Part shown: in pieces, positions 40,173-48,291 of the stretch
Position numbering within the stretch: the first letter of the stretch is position 1
How the letters are laid out: the number at the start of each line of letters is the position of its first letter
Source of the DNA: Bacteroidota bacterium
GTDB lineage: Bacteria > Bacteroidota > Bacteroidia > Bacteroidales > FEN-979
Assembly: GCA_043810345.1 (NCBI GenBank)
Contig: JBDROF010000022.1
Span: 1,351-65,350 of the forward strand
DNA length: 64,000 bases
Direction: 5' to 3'
Position numbers and translations under genes: made by a program
Notes under the pieces: generated by a model
What the model was told of the DNA's origin: nothing
Seen by the model: only the letters and a program-made list of their open reading frames with translations
The model's database searches: none

Positions 40173-41912
40173 TTATTGAGATGTGTTAATAAACGTTGTC
40201 TGGAAATCTTCCCATACTTCGGGGCCCAGATCAGCCAGAACACCCTCCTTTACTACTCCGCCATCCTGCATGATCACATGTGCGTAATCAACCTGATCGC
40301 CCTTCATTGAAACAGCAAGAAAATCCTTGAGCCTGGAAAATTCCTTTCTTAACCACTCTTTAGACTTTTCCCCCATGAATAAAAACCGGATCTCTCTTAC
40401 CCAGTTTGTGGGTTCAATCATGTATACCCAGCCGTCTGAATAGGGAGCCGAGTTCATCATGGATGCATCTGTGTTCAGGAGTTTGTTTTGAGCCTTGATG
40501 GTTCCCGAAATCGGGGCATGAATGGTCAATTGCTTTCCGTTTTGGATGATGGAAAGAAGTTGATCTCCTTTTTTTACCTTCTCCCCCGGACTCTTCATCT
40601 TTACGCGGTTAAGGGGGCCGGTGACGTGCTGAAGGAAATCATCTATCCCTATTCTGACAACACCGTTTTTCTCCATAAACGCCCACATATGCGATTTGTC
40701 AAAATAGAGCCCATTTGGTACCGCTACCGTATTTTCATCAAACACAGCCGGTGCAAGGGATTTGGTATCCATCACGACAGCTTTTTTTTGTCGTTTGTGA
40801 CGGATAACAGCATCTCCGATCATATAGGCCAGTACAAATGGTATCAATATGATCACAATGAGGGAAAAGAGGGACAAATCATGTAATTTGTTGGCGAAGA
40901 ATCCAGTATTGGTCAACATCCCTATCTGCGTTGGATTACTCGTTAACATGGCTATTTTTTTTGCATGTCTTTCACTGTTTGAAAGTTCGGCATAGCTATC
41001 CGGAATCAGGAATTCCTGTCCCTCAACGAGCACCCATTTCAGGAATGCCACTTCTGCTTGGCTGGCAGGCTTTACTGAAGAGACTGAATAAATTGGTCTA
41101 CTTAAGGTTCTGGGATATTTTCCAATCCATAGACCCCTGGCAAAGTCGTTTAGATTCCCGTAGATATTTTCAAAAGAATCAAGCGTCCCATTTCTGTTTT
41201 TGTCGATGGGCATCAACATGATATTTTTTACCAGAGATTGATTTTCAGGGTTAACAACATCCTCCATTCTACAAAATCCGATTCCGTACGGGTCGTTCTG
41301 AATAGCCAGGACCATCGCTTCCATACCCCCTGTGTTAATCCCATTTATAAGTGTTGGATCTGAGTTCAGGAATTGAGCCGCCTGTGACTGAATGATTACA
41401 TCGTTGGTTTGATAAAAATGGACAGGTGCGGCCTGATTGTCGCCCAGAATGGTTCCCCATGTCTGTTTCTCCGGATGTTTGAACAGGAGAGCAAGTTCAT
41501 CTGATGAGATGCCCTGCTTTTTAATGTTCTTTAGAAATGGATTTTTTGAATTGATCACCGGAACGATGAGGTCTGTTCCAACAACCATCTTCCACAGGTC
41601 GTTGTCCTCGAGTACCTTCATGTATTCAGTTGATACAAATGATAAACACTTCCCCGCTTTTAAATCAGATGCTTCGGGGGTGCCTGTCAGAAGAACCACC
41701 TCTATACCGACTTCCGGATTCAATTTGCTGTACTCTTTCGCCCACGTTTTTGTGATCGAATACAGATCCGGAGAAGATTGGATCCGTATCAAGTGCTCCA
41801 TGGTTGAGTTGCTTTCCGATACCTTTTTGTCACTGCTGCTATCGCTACCAAACGATTGTTCGCCGCCATAAAGCAGGAGTAACCCGATGAATAAAAAGAT
41901 CATGTTTTTCAT
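40173..41912 (-). CDS. Fusion: PstS-like periplasmic binding domain, TM, GcvH-like domain
   Basis: Signal peptide from MKNMIF; 'WAKEYSKLNPEV', 'DPYGIGF', 'GKYPRTLSRPIY'; TM; 'YFDKSHMWA', 'RIGIDDF', 'APISG', 'PYSDGWVY'. Confidence 0.82.
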   Translation of the reverse strand: MKNMIFLFIGLLLLYGGEQSFGSDSSSDKKVSESNSTMEHLIRIQSSPDLYSITKTWAKEYSKLNPEVGIEVVLLTGTPEASDLKAGKCLSFVSTEYMKVLEDNDLWKMVVGTDLIVPVINSKNPFLKNIKKQGISSDELALLFKHPEKQTWGTILGDNQAAPVHFYQTNDVIIQSQAAQFLNSDPTLINGINTGGMEAMVLAIQNDPYGIGFCRMEDVVNPENQSLVKNIMLMPIDKNRNGTLDSFENIYGNLNDFARGLWIGKYPRTLSRPIYSVSSVKPASQAEVAFLKWVLVEGQEFLIPDSYAELSNSERHAKKIAMLTSNPTQIGMLTNTGFFANKLHDLSLFSLIVIILIPFVLAYMIGDAVIRHKRQKKAVVMDTKSLAPAVFDENTVAVPNGLYFDKSHMWAFMEKNGVVRIGIDDFLQHVTGPLNRVKMKSPGEKVKKGDQLLSIIQNGKQLTIHAPISGTIKAQNKLLNTDASMMNSAPYSDGWVYMIEPTNWVREIRFLFMGEKSKEWLRKEFSRLKDFLAVSMKGDQVDYAHVIMQDGGVVKEGVLADLGPEVWEDFQTTFINTSQ

Positions 41913-41942
41913 AGCTGTATAATTAAGACCAATATGCAATAC

Positions 41943-41958
41943 TCAAATCCTGTGCCAA
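41943..41958 (-). promoter_or_regulatory. Putative sigma54 (-24/-12) promoter
   Basis: Minus strand TTGGCACAGGATTTGA (GG-N10-GA variant) about 30 bp upstream of ATG 41912; operon encodes a sigma54 activator. Confidence 0.65.
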
Positions 41959-42009
41959 ATAAAAAAACATGATGTATAATGCTGTTTTTCAGAATGTTAC
42001 AAAGATATG

Positions 42010-42140
42010 TGTGTAGGAAACTTACAATGTGAGGTGTTGAGTTTTTAAACACCCTGGTTCAGAATCGCGTGTAATACCCTCTGGATCAGTCCGTTTTTGG
42101 GTGTTGTGTATTTTCTATACACCTGTTGTAAAATTCAACA
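42010..42140. promoter_or_regulatory. Four TGT-N11-ACA sites, putative enhancer for the sigma54 activator
   Basis: TGTGTAGGAAACTTACA 42010-26; TGTTGAGTTTTTAAACA 42035-51; TGTGTATTTTCTATACA 42105-21; TGTTGTAAAATTCAACA 42124-40. Confidence 0.6.
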
Positions 42141-42159
42141 GGTCCGTGAAGGGTTCTTC

Positions 42160-43098
42160 TCATGGTTTATCCTCCTTTTGCCGAAACCGCAGCATCATAA
42201 TCCGGCCATTACTGTATTTGGTATCCAGGATCTCAATGTGTTTCAAACTGCTGGCCGGCATGGTGAGCTTATTGATAAATTCCCACTTCGTATACAACTC
42301 CATTCCTACAGTTCCGGCGTTGAATACCTGGTAGATCAGGGCGCTGTCGGAGATCATCCTGTCCAGCTGATTTCTGCGTTGCTGCCAGTCCTTGACATTC
42401 ATCCTGGAAAAATAGTGGATCATCAGGGCGTAGTTGTTTGGCCGGAGCCGCACCATCTCTTCCCGTTTGTATCTATCCAATACCCTGATAACGGTATCCG
42501 TTTGATAGTAGGGTGTTTTGACCACCAGGGTGACATGGGTTTCATCTGTTTTCAGCACCAGGCATCCATCGGGTCCGCAGAGAAAATTGACCGGGGATTC
42601 ATCGGGGAGCAGCAGGCTCACTTCAATGATGTTGTTGGTGATCGGTTCACGGGTATCGGCGTCGTAGAAACAGATGCGGTATTCCCGTGTATTGTAAATC
42701 TTGAATACCACATAGAGGATGGCCAGGATGGCGATGACCAGCAGGGGAACCAGAATGAATACCCGGTTTGCCCTGCGCAGCCTGGTATCGGCTGGAACCC
42801 GGGAGCTGTTCCGGTGGCAGAAGTCATCCCAGCCTGTGTACCCGCAAAACCGGCTCAGCAGGTTCAGCACATCGATGCGGGGCAGGGATCCGCTGTTGGA
42901 TTTCATGTGGGTGTAAAACCATTTCTCACTGATATGACCGTTCACCCGGGATGCCAGCTCTTCCTGGAAATTGGTAATCTCCTGTCCTTTCCACTCAGAG
43001 ATATCGGGATTGATGGCCGGGTAGGAGCGTTGCATGGTTGAAACGATCTGCTGCTTCAGTAACCTGAAAAATGCTCTCTCCTGCTGTTGCACGCTCAA
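42160..43098 (-). CDS. Single-pass membrane protein, putative transmembrane one-component regulator
   Basis: Helical N-domain 'ISEKWFYTHMK...LPRIDVLNLLSRFCGYTGWDDF', central TM, exported C-domain; TTG start uncertain. Confidence 0.65.
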   Translation of the reverse strand: MSVQQQERAFFRLLKQQIVSTMQRSYPAINPDISEWKGQEITNFQEELASRVNGHISEKWFYTHMKSNSGSLPRIDVLNLLSRFCGYTGWDDFCHRNSSRVPADTRLRRANRVFILVPLLVIAILAILYVVFKIYNTREYRICFYDADTREPITNNIIEVSLLLPDESPVNFLCGPDGCLVLKTDETHVTLVVKTPYYQTDTVIRVLDRYKREEMVRLRPNNYALMIHYFSRMNVKDWQQRRNQLDRMISDSALIYQVFNAGTVGMELYTKWEFINKLTMPASSLKHIEILDTKYSNGRIMMLRFRQKEDKP

Positions 43099-43243
43099 AA
43101 AATATGATGCCGGAGAACCAGTCCGGGTTCTTTGTAAAACAATCTACAGCCAATTTACAACGGATTTGCCAAAAAAACCTTCTGCGACGGGATAATTTTA
43201 TCACTGATTGTCAAATCCCTATTGTTGAACCAAATCCAAAAAC

Positions 43244-44320
43244 ATGAAAAAGTTACCTCTTTTACTCCTGCTGGCCTTGTTGATCAACGGGAGTTGTTCA
43301 TCTCAAAAGGAGTCCGGTAATAAAGATGTGATGAAAGCCTACGATCTCCGTATGCAGGGGAAAGTAGACCAGGCTCTCGCTCTCCTTGACTCCATCCTTG
43401 AAAAAGATTCCACCAATGCCATGGCCTGGTACGAACGCTCGCGTGCAAAAAAATACATGCTCACCGGAGGTGGGAATGTCTCCATGGACGAGATCCTTTC
43501 CGATATTGACAACGCAACCCTGTATGATCCGGAAAATGTCATTTATGCGTATGAGAAAGCCATGGACAGTTTCCTGAATGCGTATATGGCCATGCACCGC
43601 GAACCAGAAAAGGTCAAAGAAAGAATTATGCTGACCTGTAACCAGTATGAAAACGTACTTACCCTGAAACCTGATTATCCTGAGGCCATGTTATACCTGG
43701 TGGAGATCTATGGTCTGTTGCCGCCAGAGATGGGAGGGGATAGCGTAAAAGCGACTACCTATGCGGCAAAACTCAAGGAAATGGATCCCTATTTCGGTGC
43801 CAAAGCAACCCTCGATCTGGCCCCTGAGGAGACGGATCAGGTTGCCTTCTGGAAGGAATATCAAGCCATTCACGGGGACACGCCGGATGTCTTAAAGGAA
43901 ATCGGGATTGCCTGCCTTTATCAGGATGATCCGGAAAACGCAAAACACTATTTTTCCAAAGCCATAGAGATGGACTCATCCAAACAGATCCTGCTGCTGG
44001 ATCTTGCCCGGTACTTTATGACGGGGGTGATGCAAAACAAGGATCTGGCCGATTCGTTACTACCCATCTCAGCGTTGTATGTAAAGCAATACCTGGCAAG
44101 CGACCCGGCGCCTGTGATTCCCCTGCAGGCTTATGCTACCGGGATGCTGGTGAAGACCGAAATGTTCACAGGCCACAAAGAAGAGGCAGAAGCGTTGATG
44201 GAGAAAGCGAAATCGCTGGATCCCTATTTCTCCAGAGCATTCGGTATTCCCGGGCCTTCAATTTTCGAACCGCCCGACAAAATATCCTATCATTTCACGT
44301 CATTCTTTCGTCCCTTTTAA
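43244..44320 (+). CDS. TPR-repeat lipoprotein
   Basis: Lipobox-like 'INGSC'; helical repeats 'NAMAWYERS', 'PDYPEAMLYL', 'KAKSLDP'. Confidence 0.75.
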   Translation: MKKLPLLLLLALLINGSCSSQKESGNKDVMKAYDLRMQGKVDQALALLDSILEKDSTNAMAWYERSRAKKYMLTGGGNVSMDEILSDIDNATLYDPENVIYAYEKAMDSFLNAYMAMHREPEKVKERIMLTCNQYENVLTLKPDYPEAMLYLVEIYGLLPPEMGGDSVKATTYAAKLKEMDPYFGAKATLDLAPEETDQVAFWKEYQAIHGDTPDVLKEIGIACLYQDDPENAKHYFSKAIEMDSSKQILLLDLARYFMTGVMQNKDLADSLLPISALYVKQYLASDPAPVIPLQAYATGMLVKTEMFTGHKEEAEALMEKAKSLDPYFSRAFGIPGPSIFEPPDKISYHFTSFFRPF

Positions 44321-44350
44321 TTACCTTTAATCCTTGTAAACCGGCACCGA

Positions 44351-44758
44351 ATGAAAACAACAATGAAAATCCTATTCTGGAGTCCGAGGATCCTCTGTAT
44401 CCTGGCTATCCTTTTCGTCAGCTTGTTTGCGCTTGACGCGTTCGAACCAGGAGTTTCCTTCTGGAAACAGATCCTGGCTTTTGTGATCCACCTGATCCCC
44501 TCTTTCATCCTCATTGCCATGTTGATCGTTGCCTGGAAATGGGAGTTGATCGGTGGGATCATCATTGCAGCCACCGGGCTTGTATTCTCCCCTTTTGTCT
44601 TTATCCACAATTACCAGATGAATCATTCGGTATGGATGAGCCTGGGGATCATCCTTTCACTCACATTTCCGTTCATCCTTGTGGGGGGCCTCTTTATCAT
44701 CAGCTATTTTCTGAGACGAAAAGAGGCTAAAAAACAGAATCTCTCAACAAATCAATAA
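44351..44758 (+). CDS. Small four-TM membrane protein
   Basis: 'WSPRILCILAILFVSLFALDAF', 'IHLIPS', 'AWKWELIGG'. Confidence 0.75.
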   Translation: MKTTMKILFWSPRILCILAILFVSLFALDAFEPGVSFWKQILAFVIHLIPSFILIAMLIVAWKWELIGGIIIAATGLVFSPFVFIHNYQMNHSVWMSLGIILSLTFPFILVGGLFIISYFLRRKEAKKQNLSTNQ

Positions 44759-44772
44759 AGGAGGAGTTAATC

Positions 44773-45177
44773 ATGATTGAGTATGTTCATAACCACATTA
44801 CGTCGGAGCTGCAGCAAAACACCAAGACCGACACCATCTTTATCCTGGCTGCCATCATCCTGAATCTGATCACTTTGGCGATCAATTCCAGCATCGCTGA
44901 GGATTCACGAACTGATGGCACGATGCTGCTCGTGATGTTTATCTTTGTCGGGTTGCTGGTGCTGGTCAACATCGTAGTGATCTTCGGATTACTCAAAGGA
45001 AAACAGACGCGGGTCAAACTGCTGAATGGCCTGATGTCGATGTACCGCGACCAGAAGGTGGAGAAATACTACGACGAGACGCTGCTCAGCAACTACAGCG
45101 TCCGGTATAATTTATTTATCATGGTGGTGGTTTGCACAGGCATCATCGCTGTGGTTGTGCCGTTTGTGATGAGGTAA
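44773..45177 (+). CDS. Small three-TM hypothetical protein
   Basis: Three hydrophobic segments; AGGAGGAG just upstream. Confidence 0.75.
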   Translation: MIEYVHNHITSELQQNTKTDTIFILAAIILNLITLAINSSIAEDSRTDGTMLLVMFIFVGLLVLVNIVVIFGLLKGKQTRVKLLNGLMSMYRDQKVEKYYDETLLSNYSVRYNLFIMVVVCTGIIAVVVPFVMR

Positions 45178-45184
45178 TTGCTTA

Positions 45185-45577
45185 TTACTTCAGGGTGCGC
45201 ATGTAAGCTACAAGCGCCCAGCGGTCAGCTTCAGCAGGGACCTTTTTTTCGTAAGATGGCATCTCATCCTTGCCATAGGTAGTCTTGTAATAAAGCTCTC
45301 CATCGGTCTGCTCCTGGAATTTGGCGCTCGAAAAATCACCGGGGTTTGTTTTCAGCATGGCTTTTTTTGGTCCGTCACCTAGCCCCTTTGTACCATGGCA
45401 GGCTTTGCACTGCTTGGCCCACAACTCTTTGCCATCAGCAATCACCGATGCATCTTTCAGGTTCACGCTTGCTTTCATCGTCTTGTACTTGGCCGGAACC
45501 TCCCAGCGCTTTCCCTGCGCCGACGCACTCCCCGCGATGAGAAGAGCTACAGCAACCATAAATATGATCTTTTTCAT
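45185..45577 (-). CDS. Monoheme cytochrome c (class I)
   Basis: Signal peptide from MKKIIF; CKACH; distal Met 'MPSY'; TACCTTTG box at 45601-45608. Confidence 0.9.
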   Translation of the reverse strand: MKKIIFMVAVALLIAGSASAQGKRWEVPAKYKTMKASVNLKDASVIADGKELWAKQCKACHGTKGLGDGPKKAMLKTNPGDFSSAKFQEQTDGELYYKTTYGKDEMPSYEKKVPAEADRWALVAYMRTLK

Positions 45578-45679
45578 TGTTTTATTGTTTTTAGATACCA
45601 CAAAGGTATAAATAAATCCAGATATGTTAATTTATTAACATTTTTTTACATTCACGGACGGTTAGGTGCCGGGGTTTTA

Positions 45680-46204
45680 TCACTCGATCAGCCCGTGACC
45701 TGGAAGGGTCATTTCCGGAAAGAGAATCCGCCGGATCTCTTCCAGCCTGGTTTCAACGATGAGGATTTCATGCCGGTTTGAATCGGTTATATCCGCTTTG
45801 CTCAGCAACTCGCGGTACCGTTGCTGAAGTGTTTGTTGTTCCGCCAGAATCGGGGTGATGTAGTCGATATATTCAGGATAGATCGAATCATAATATACCT
45901 TCCATCTCTCTCGTATTTTTTCTGAGGGAGATACGCACATGATGTATTCTGCAAGCATGATTTTATTTACCGGATCGGGATTGAGTACGATCAGTTCGGT
46001 GATGTACTGATCGTAAAACTGCAACTCGGCCAGGTCTGCTGCACGATTACGAAATCCGGTATCAATGACTTTCGTTGCCACTACCAGCGCGACGCTCACA
46101 ATGAACCATTTTGCCAGGTCGATCCAGAATTTCAATGTTGGCGTTACCTGTCCGGAATTCCCGCCAATGGGATTTTCCGTTGTACTCTTTACACTTTTTG
46201 CCAT
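45680..46204 (-). CDS. Hypothetical single-TM protein
   Basis: 174-aa ATG-started ORF with one TM; no family recognised. Confidence 0.6.
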   Translation of the reverse strand: MAKSVKSTTENPIGGNSGQVTPTLKFWIDLAKWFIVSVALVVATKVIDTGFRNRAADLAELQFYDQYITELIVLNPDPVNKIMLAEYIMCVSPSEKIRERWKVYYDSIYPEYIDYITPILAEQQTLQQRYRELLSKADITDSNRHEILIVETRLEEIRRILFPEMTLPGHGLIE

Positions 46205-46348
46205 ATTTGCTTCATTTTTAAGGATTGATTTTGATGCGCGGAAAAATTATTACTGACCCAAGTTAGAAAAAAAATGTGTATTGACATTCCCGGTAAAGAT
46301 ACTTTTAATAAATTGAGCCGTTTTTAACCTTCCGATAGAGAACACATC

Positions 46349-48040
46349 ATGCTAAAGAAGATCAGATTTCCCCTGTTTCCCATTCTATTATTCGCTTCCT
46401 GCTCCCTTGTCGCACAAGATACTATCCCGGTAGCCGGTGACCATCAACAGACAACGTTCCTGACTGAGGAAGAGGAATTAACGATCAGCCAGCAGATCGA
46501 CCGGGCCTTCTCTCCCGTCGTGGATGTCATGAACTCGATTCTGTTCTTCGATCCCTTTGCCGTTACCGGGCTGCATGATCCGGTAGTCTATGATGAGAAT
46601 GGAGTTCCGTTTCGCGACAGTGCCGGAAACCCTGTTCAGTCCAACATCCCTTTCATTGTGGTATGGTTGATTTTTGGAGCGGTAGTTTTCACTATCGTGA
46701 TGCGGTTCATCAACATCCGGGGATTCAGGCATGCCATCCAGCTGATCCAGGGAAAATATGACAATCCGAACGATCCTGGCGAAGTCTCTCATTTTCAGGC
46801 GCTTACAACTGCTTTATCGGCCACAGTGGGTCTCGGAAACATTGCCGGGGTAGCCATCGCTATATCCATCGGTGGGCCTGGGGCCACGTTATGGATGATC
46901 GTGGCTGGATTTCTGGGGATGACTTCCAAGTTCACCGAATGTACGTTGGGAGTTAAATACAGGAAAATCGATGAACATGGGGTGGTTTCCGGGGGGCCGA
47001 TGTACTACCTCCGGGAGGGATTGAAACGAAAAAAACTGAAATGGCTGGGTTGGATCCTCTCCGGGATGTTTGCCATCCTGGTCATTGGCGGATCCTTCGG
47101 AGGCGGGAACATGTTCCAGGCCAATCAGGCCTTTTCCCAGCTGGCCTACGTCGTGCCGTCTATCCAGCATTTCGGTGCCTGGTTCGGAATGGCTCTGGCA
47201 TTATTGGTAGGGATTGTGGTGATCGGCGGGATAAAAAGCATCGCCCGGGTAACCGATAAGATCGTTCCCTTCATGGCACTTTTTTATGTGGGAGTCGCCT
47301 TGGTCATCATCGCCATGAATATTCACAACACCGGGGAGGCCTTCTCCATGATCTGGCACGGAGCCTTTGCTCCGGGAGCCATCAAAGGTGGAATCATCGG
47401 GGTGCTGATCGTCGGATTCCAGCGGGCCGCATTCTCCAATGAAGCTGGCGTTGGTTCGGCAGCCATTGCCCATTCGGCCGTGAAAACCGATGAACCTATC
47501 ACCGAAGGTCTGGTAGCATTAATGGAGCCTTTTGTCGATACCGTGGTAATCTGCACGATGACAGCGTTGGTTCTGATCTTCACCGGCACCTACGAAAACC
47601 CACTGGGACTGGAAGGATCACAACTTACCAGCCAGGCTTTCGAAAAAGTCTTCTCCTGGTTCCCTTACATGCTGGTGGTCGCCATTTTCCTCTTTGCTTA
47701 TTCTACAATGATCTCCTGGTCCTACTATGGACTGAAAGGATTCGATTACCTTTTTGGAGGATTCTCCCGGAGACTTTTCGGAAACAGAGAGGTCGCCAAA
47801 TACACCTACTTTGTCATCTTCCTCGGGTTCATCATCGTGGGATCCTCTTCCAATCTGGGATCTGTGATCGACTTCTCCGACATGATGATCCTGGCCATGG
47901 GAGTTCCCAATATCCTCGGATTGCTTATCCTTGCTCCGGAGGTAAAGCGCGACCTCAATGCTTACTGGAAACAATTGAAATCAGGGGAACTGAGAAAATA
48001 CACCCGGGCGGAGAGGAGGGCGGCGAGACGTGAGACGTGA
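46349..48040 (+). CDS. Alanine/glycine:cation symporter (AGCS family)
   Basis: 'SATVGLGNIAGVA', 'GGPGATLWM', 'GGPMYY', 'FSNEAGVGSA', 'DTVVICTMTA'. Confidence 0.95.
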   Translation: MLKKIRFPLFPILLFASCSLVAQDTIPVAGDHQQTTFLTEEEELTISQQIDRAFSPVVDVMNSILFFDPFAVTGLHDPVVYDENGVPFRDSAGNPVQSNIPFIVVWLIFGAVVFTIVMRFINIRGFRHAIQLIQGKYDNPNDPGEVSHFQALTTALSATVGLGNIAGVAIAISIGGPGATLWMIVAGFLGMTSKFTECTLGVKYRKIDEHGVVSGGPMYYLREGLKRKKLKWLGWILSGMFAILVIGGSFGGGNMFQANQAFSQLAYVVPSIQHFGAWFGMALALLVGIVVIGGIKSIARVTDKIVPFMALFYVGVALVIIAMNIHNTGEAFSMIWHGAFAPGAIKGGIIGVLIVGFQRAAFSNEAGVGSAAIAHSAVKTDEPITEGLVALMEPFVDTVVICTMTALVLIFTGTYENPLGLEGSQLTSQAFEKVFSWFPYMLVVAIFLFAYSTMISWSYYGLKGFDYLFGGFSRRLFGNREVAKYTYFVIFLGFIIVGSSSNLGSVIDFSDMMILAMGVPNILGLLILAPEVKRDLNAYWKQLKSGELRKYTRAERRAARRET

Positions 48041-48071
48041 GATGTAGGACGTAGGATGTGAGATATGAAGA
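48023..48071 (+). repeat. Heptamer array (GTGAGAC type, 7 units) spanning the symporter stop codon
   Basis: gcgagac gtgagac gtgagat gtaggac gtaggat gtgagat atgaaga. Confidence 0.8.
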
Positions 48072-48189
48072 GTGTGACGGAAGAAGAGTGAAGTCACATA
48101 ACAGGTTCTATTCCCCTATCTTTGCAAAAATTTTTTCGCTATGAACTGGAGAAAATCATTGATAAGTACTATTGTGGTGATCCTGCTAC

Positions 48190-48291
48190 GGTACAGGGAG
48201 AGATCCTGCAAAGCCAGGTAATTCTTCGTGAAGGGACGAAATTCAGGAAAGGGAATCTGCTGGTCAGGATTTTCGATGAAGAGGCCCGCAA
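48190..48291 (+). pseudogene. Fragment of an RND periplasmic adaptor gene
   Basis: 'VQGEILQSQVILREGTKFRKGNLLVRIFDEEA' resembles the adaptor barrel-sandwich segment and lies directly before AcrB fragments. Confidence 0.5.

Noticed and set aside
37291-41912. Canonical gcvH partners of gcvT, or a complete hydrogenase-2 operon
   Set aside because: The GcvH-like domains are membrane-fused and lack the lipoyl-Lys; no NiFe large/small subunits or maturases are present
42097-43041. 314-aa plus-strand ORF
   Set aside because: Antisense shadow of the 42160-43098 gene, no recognisable motifs, and it overlaps the enhancer region
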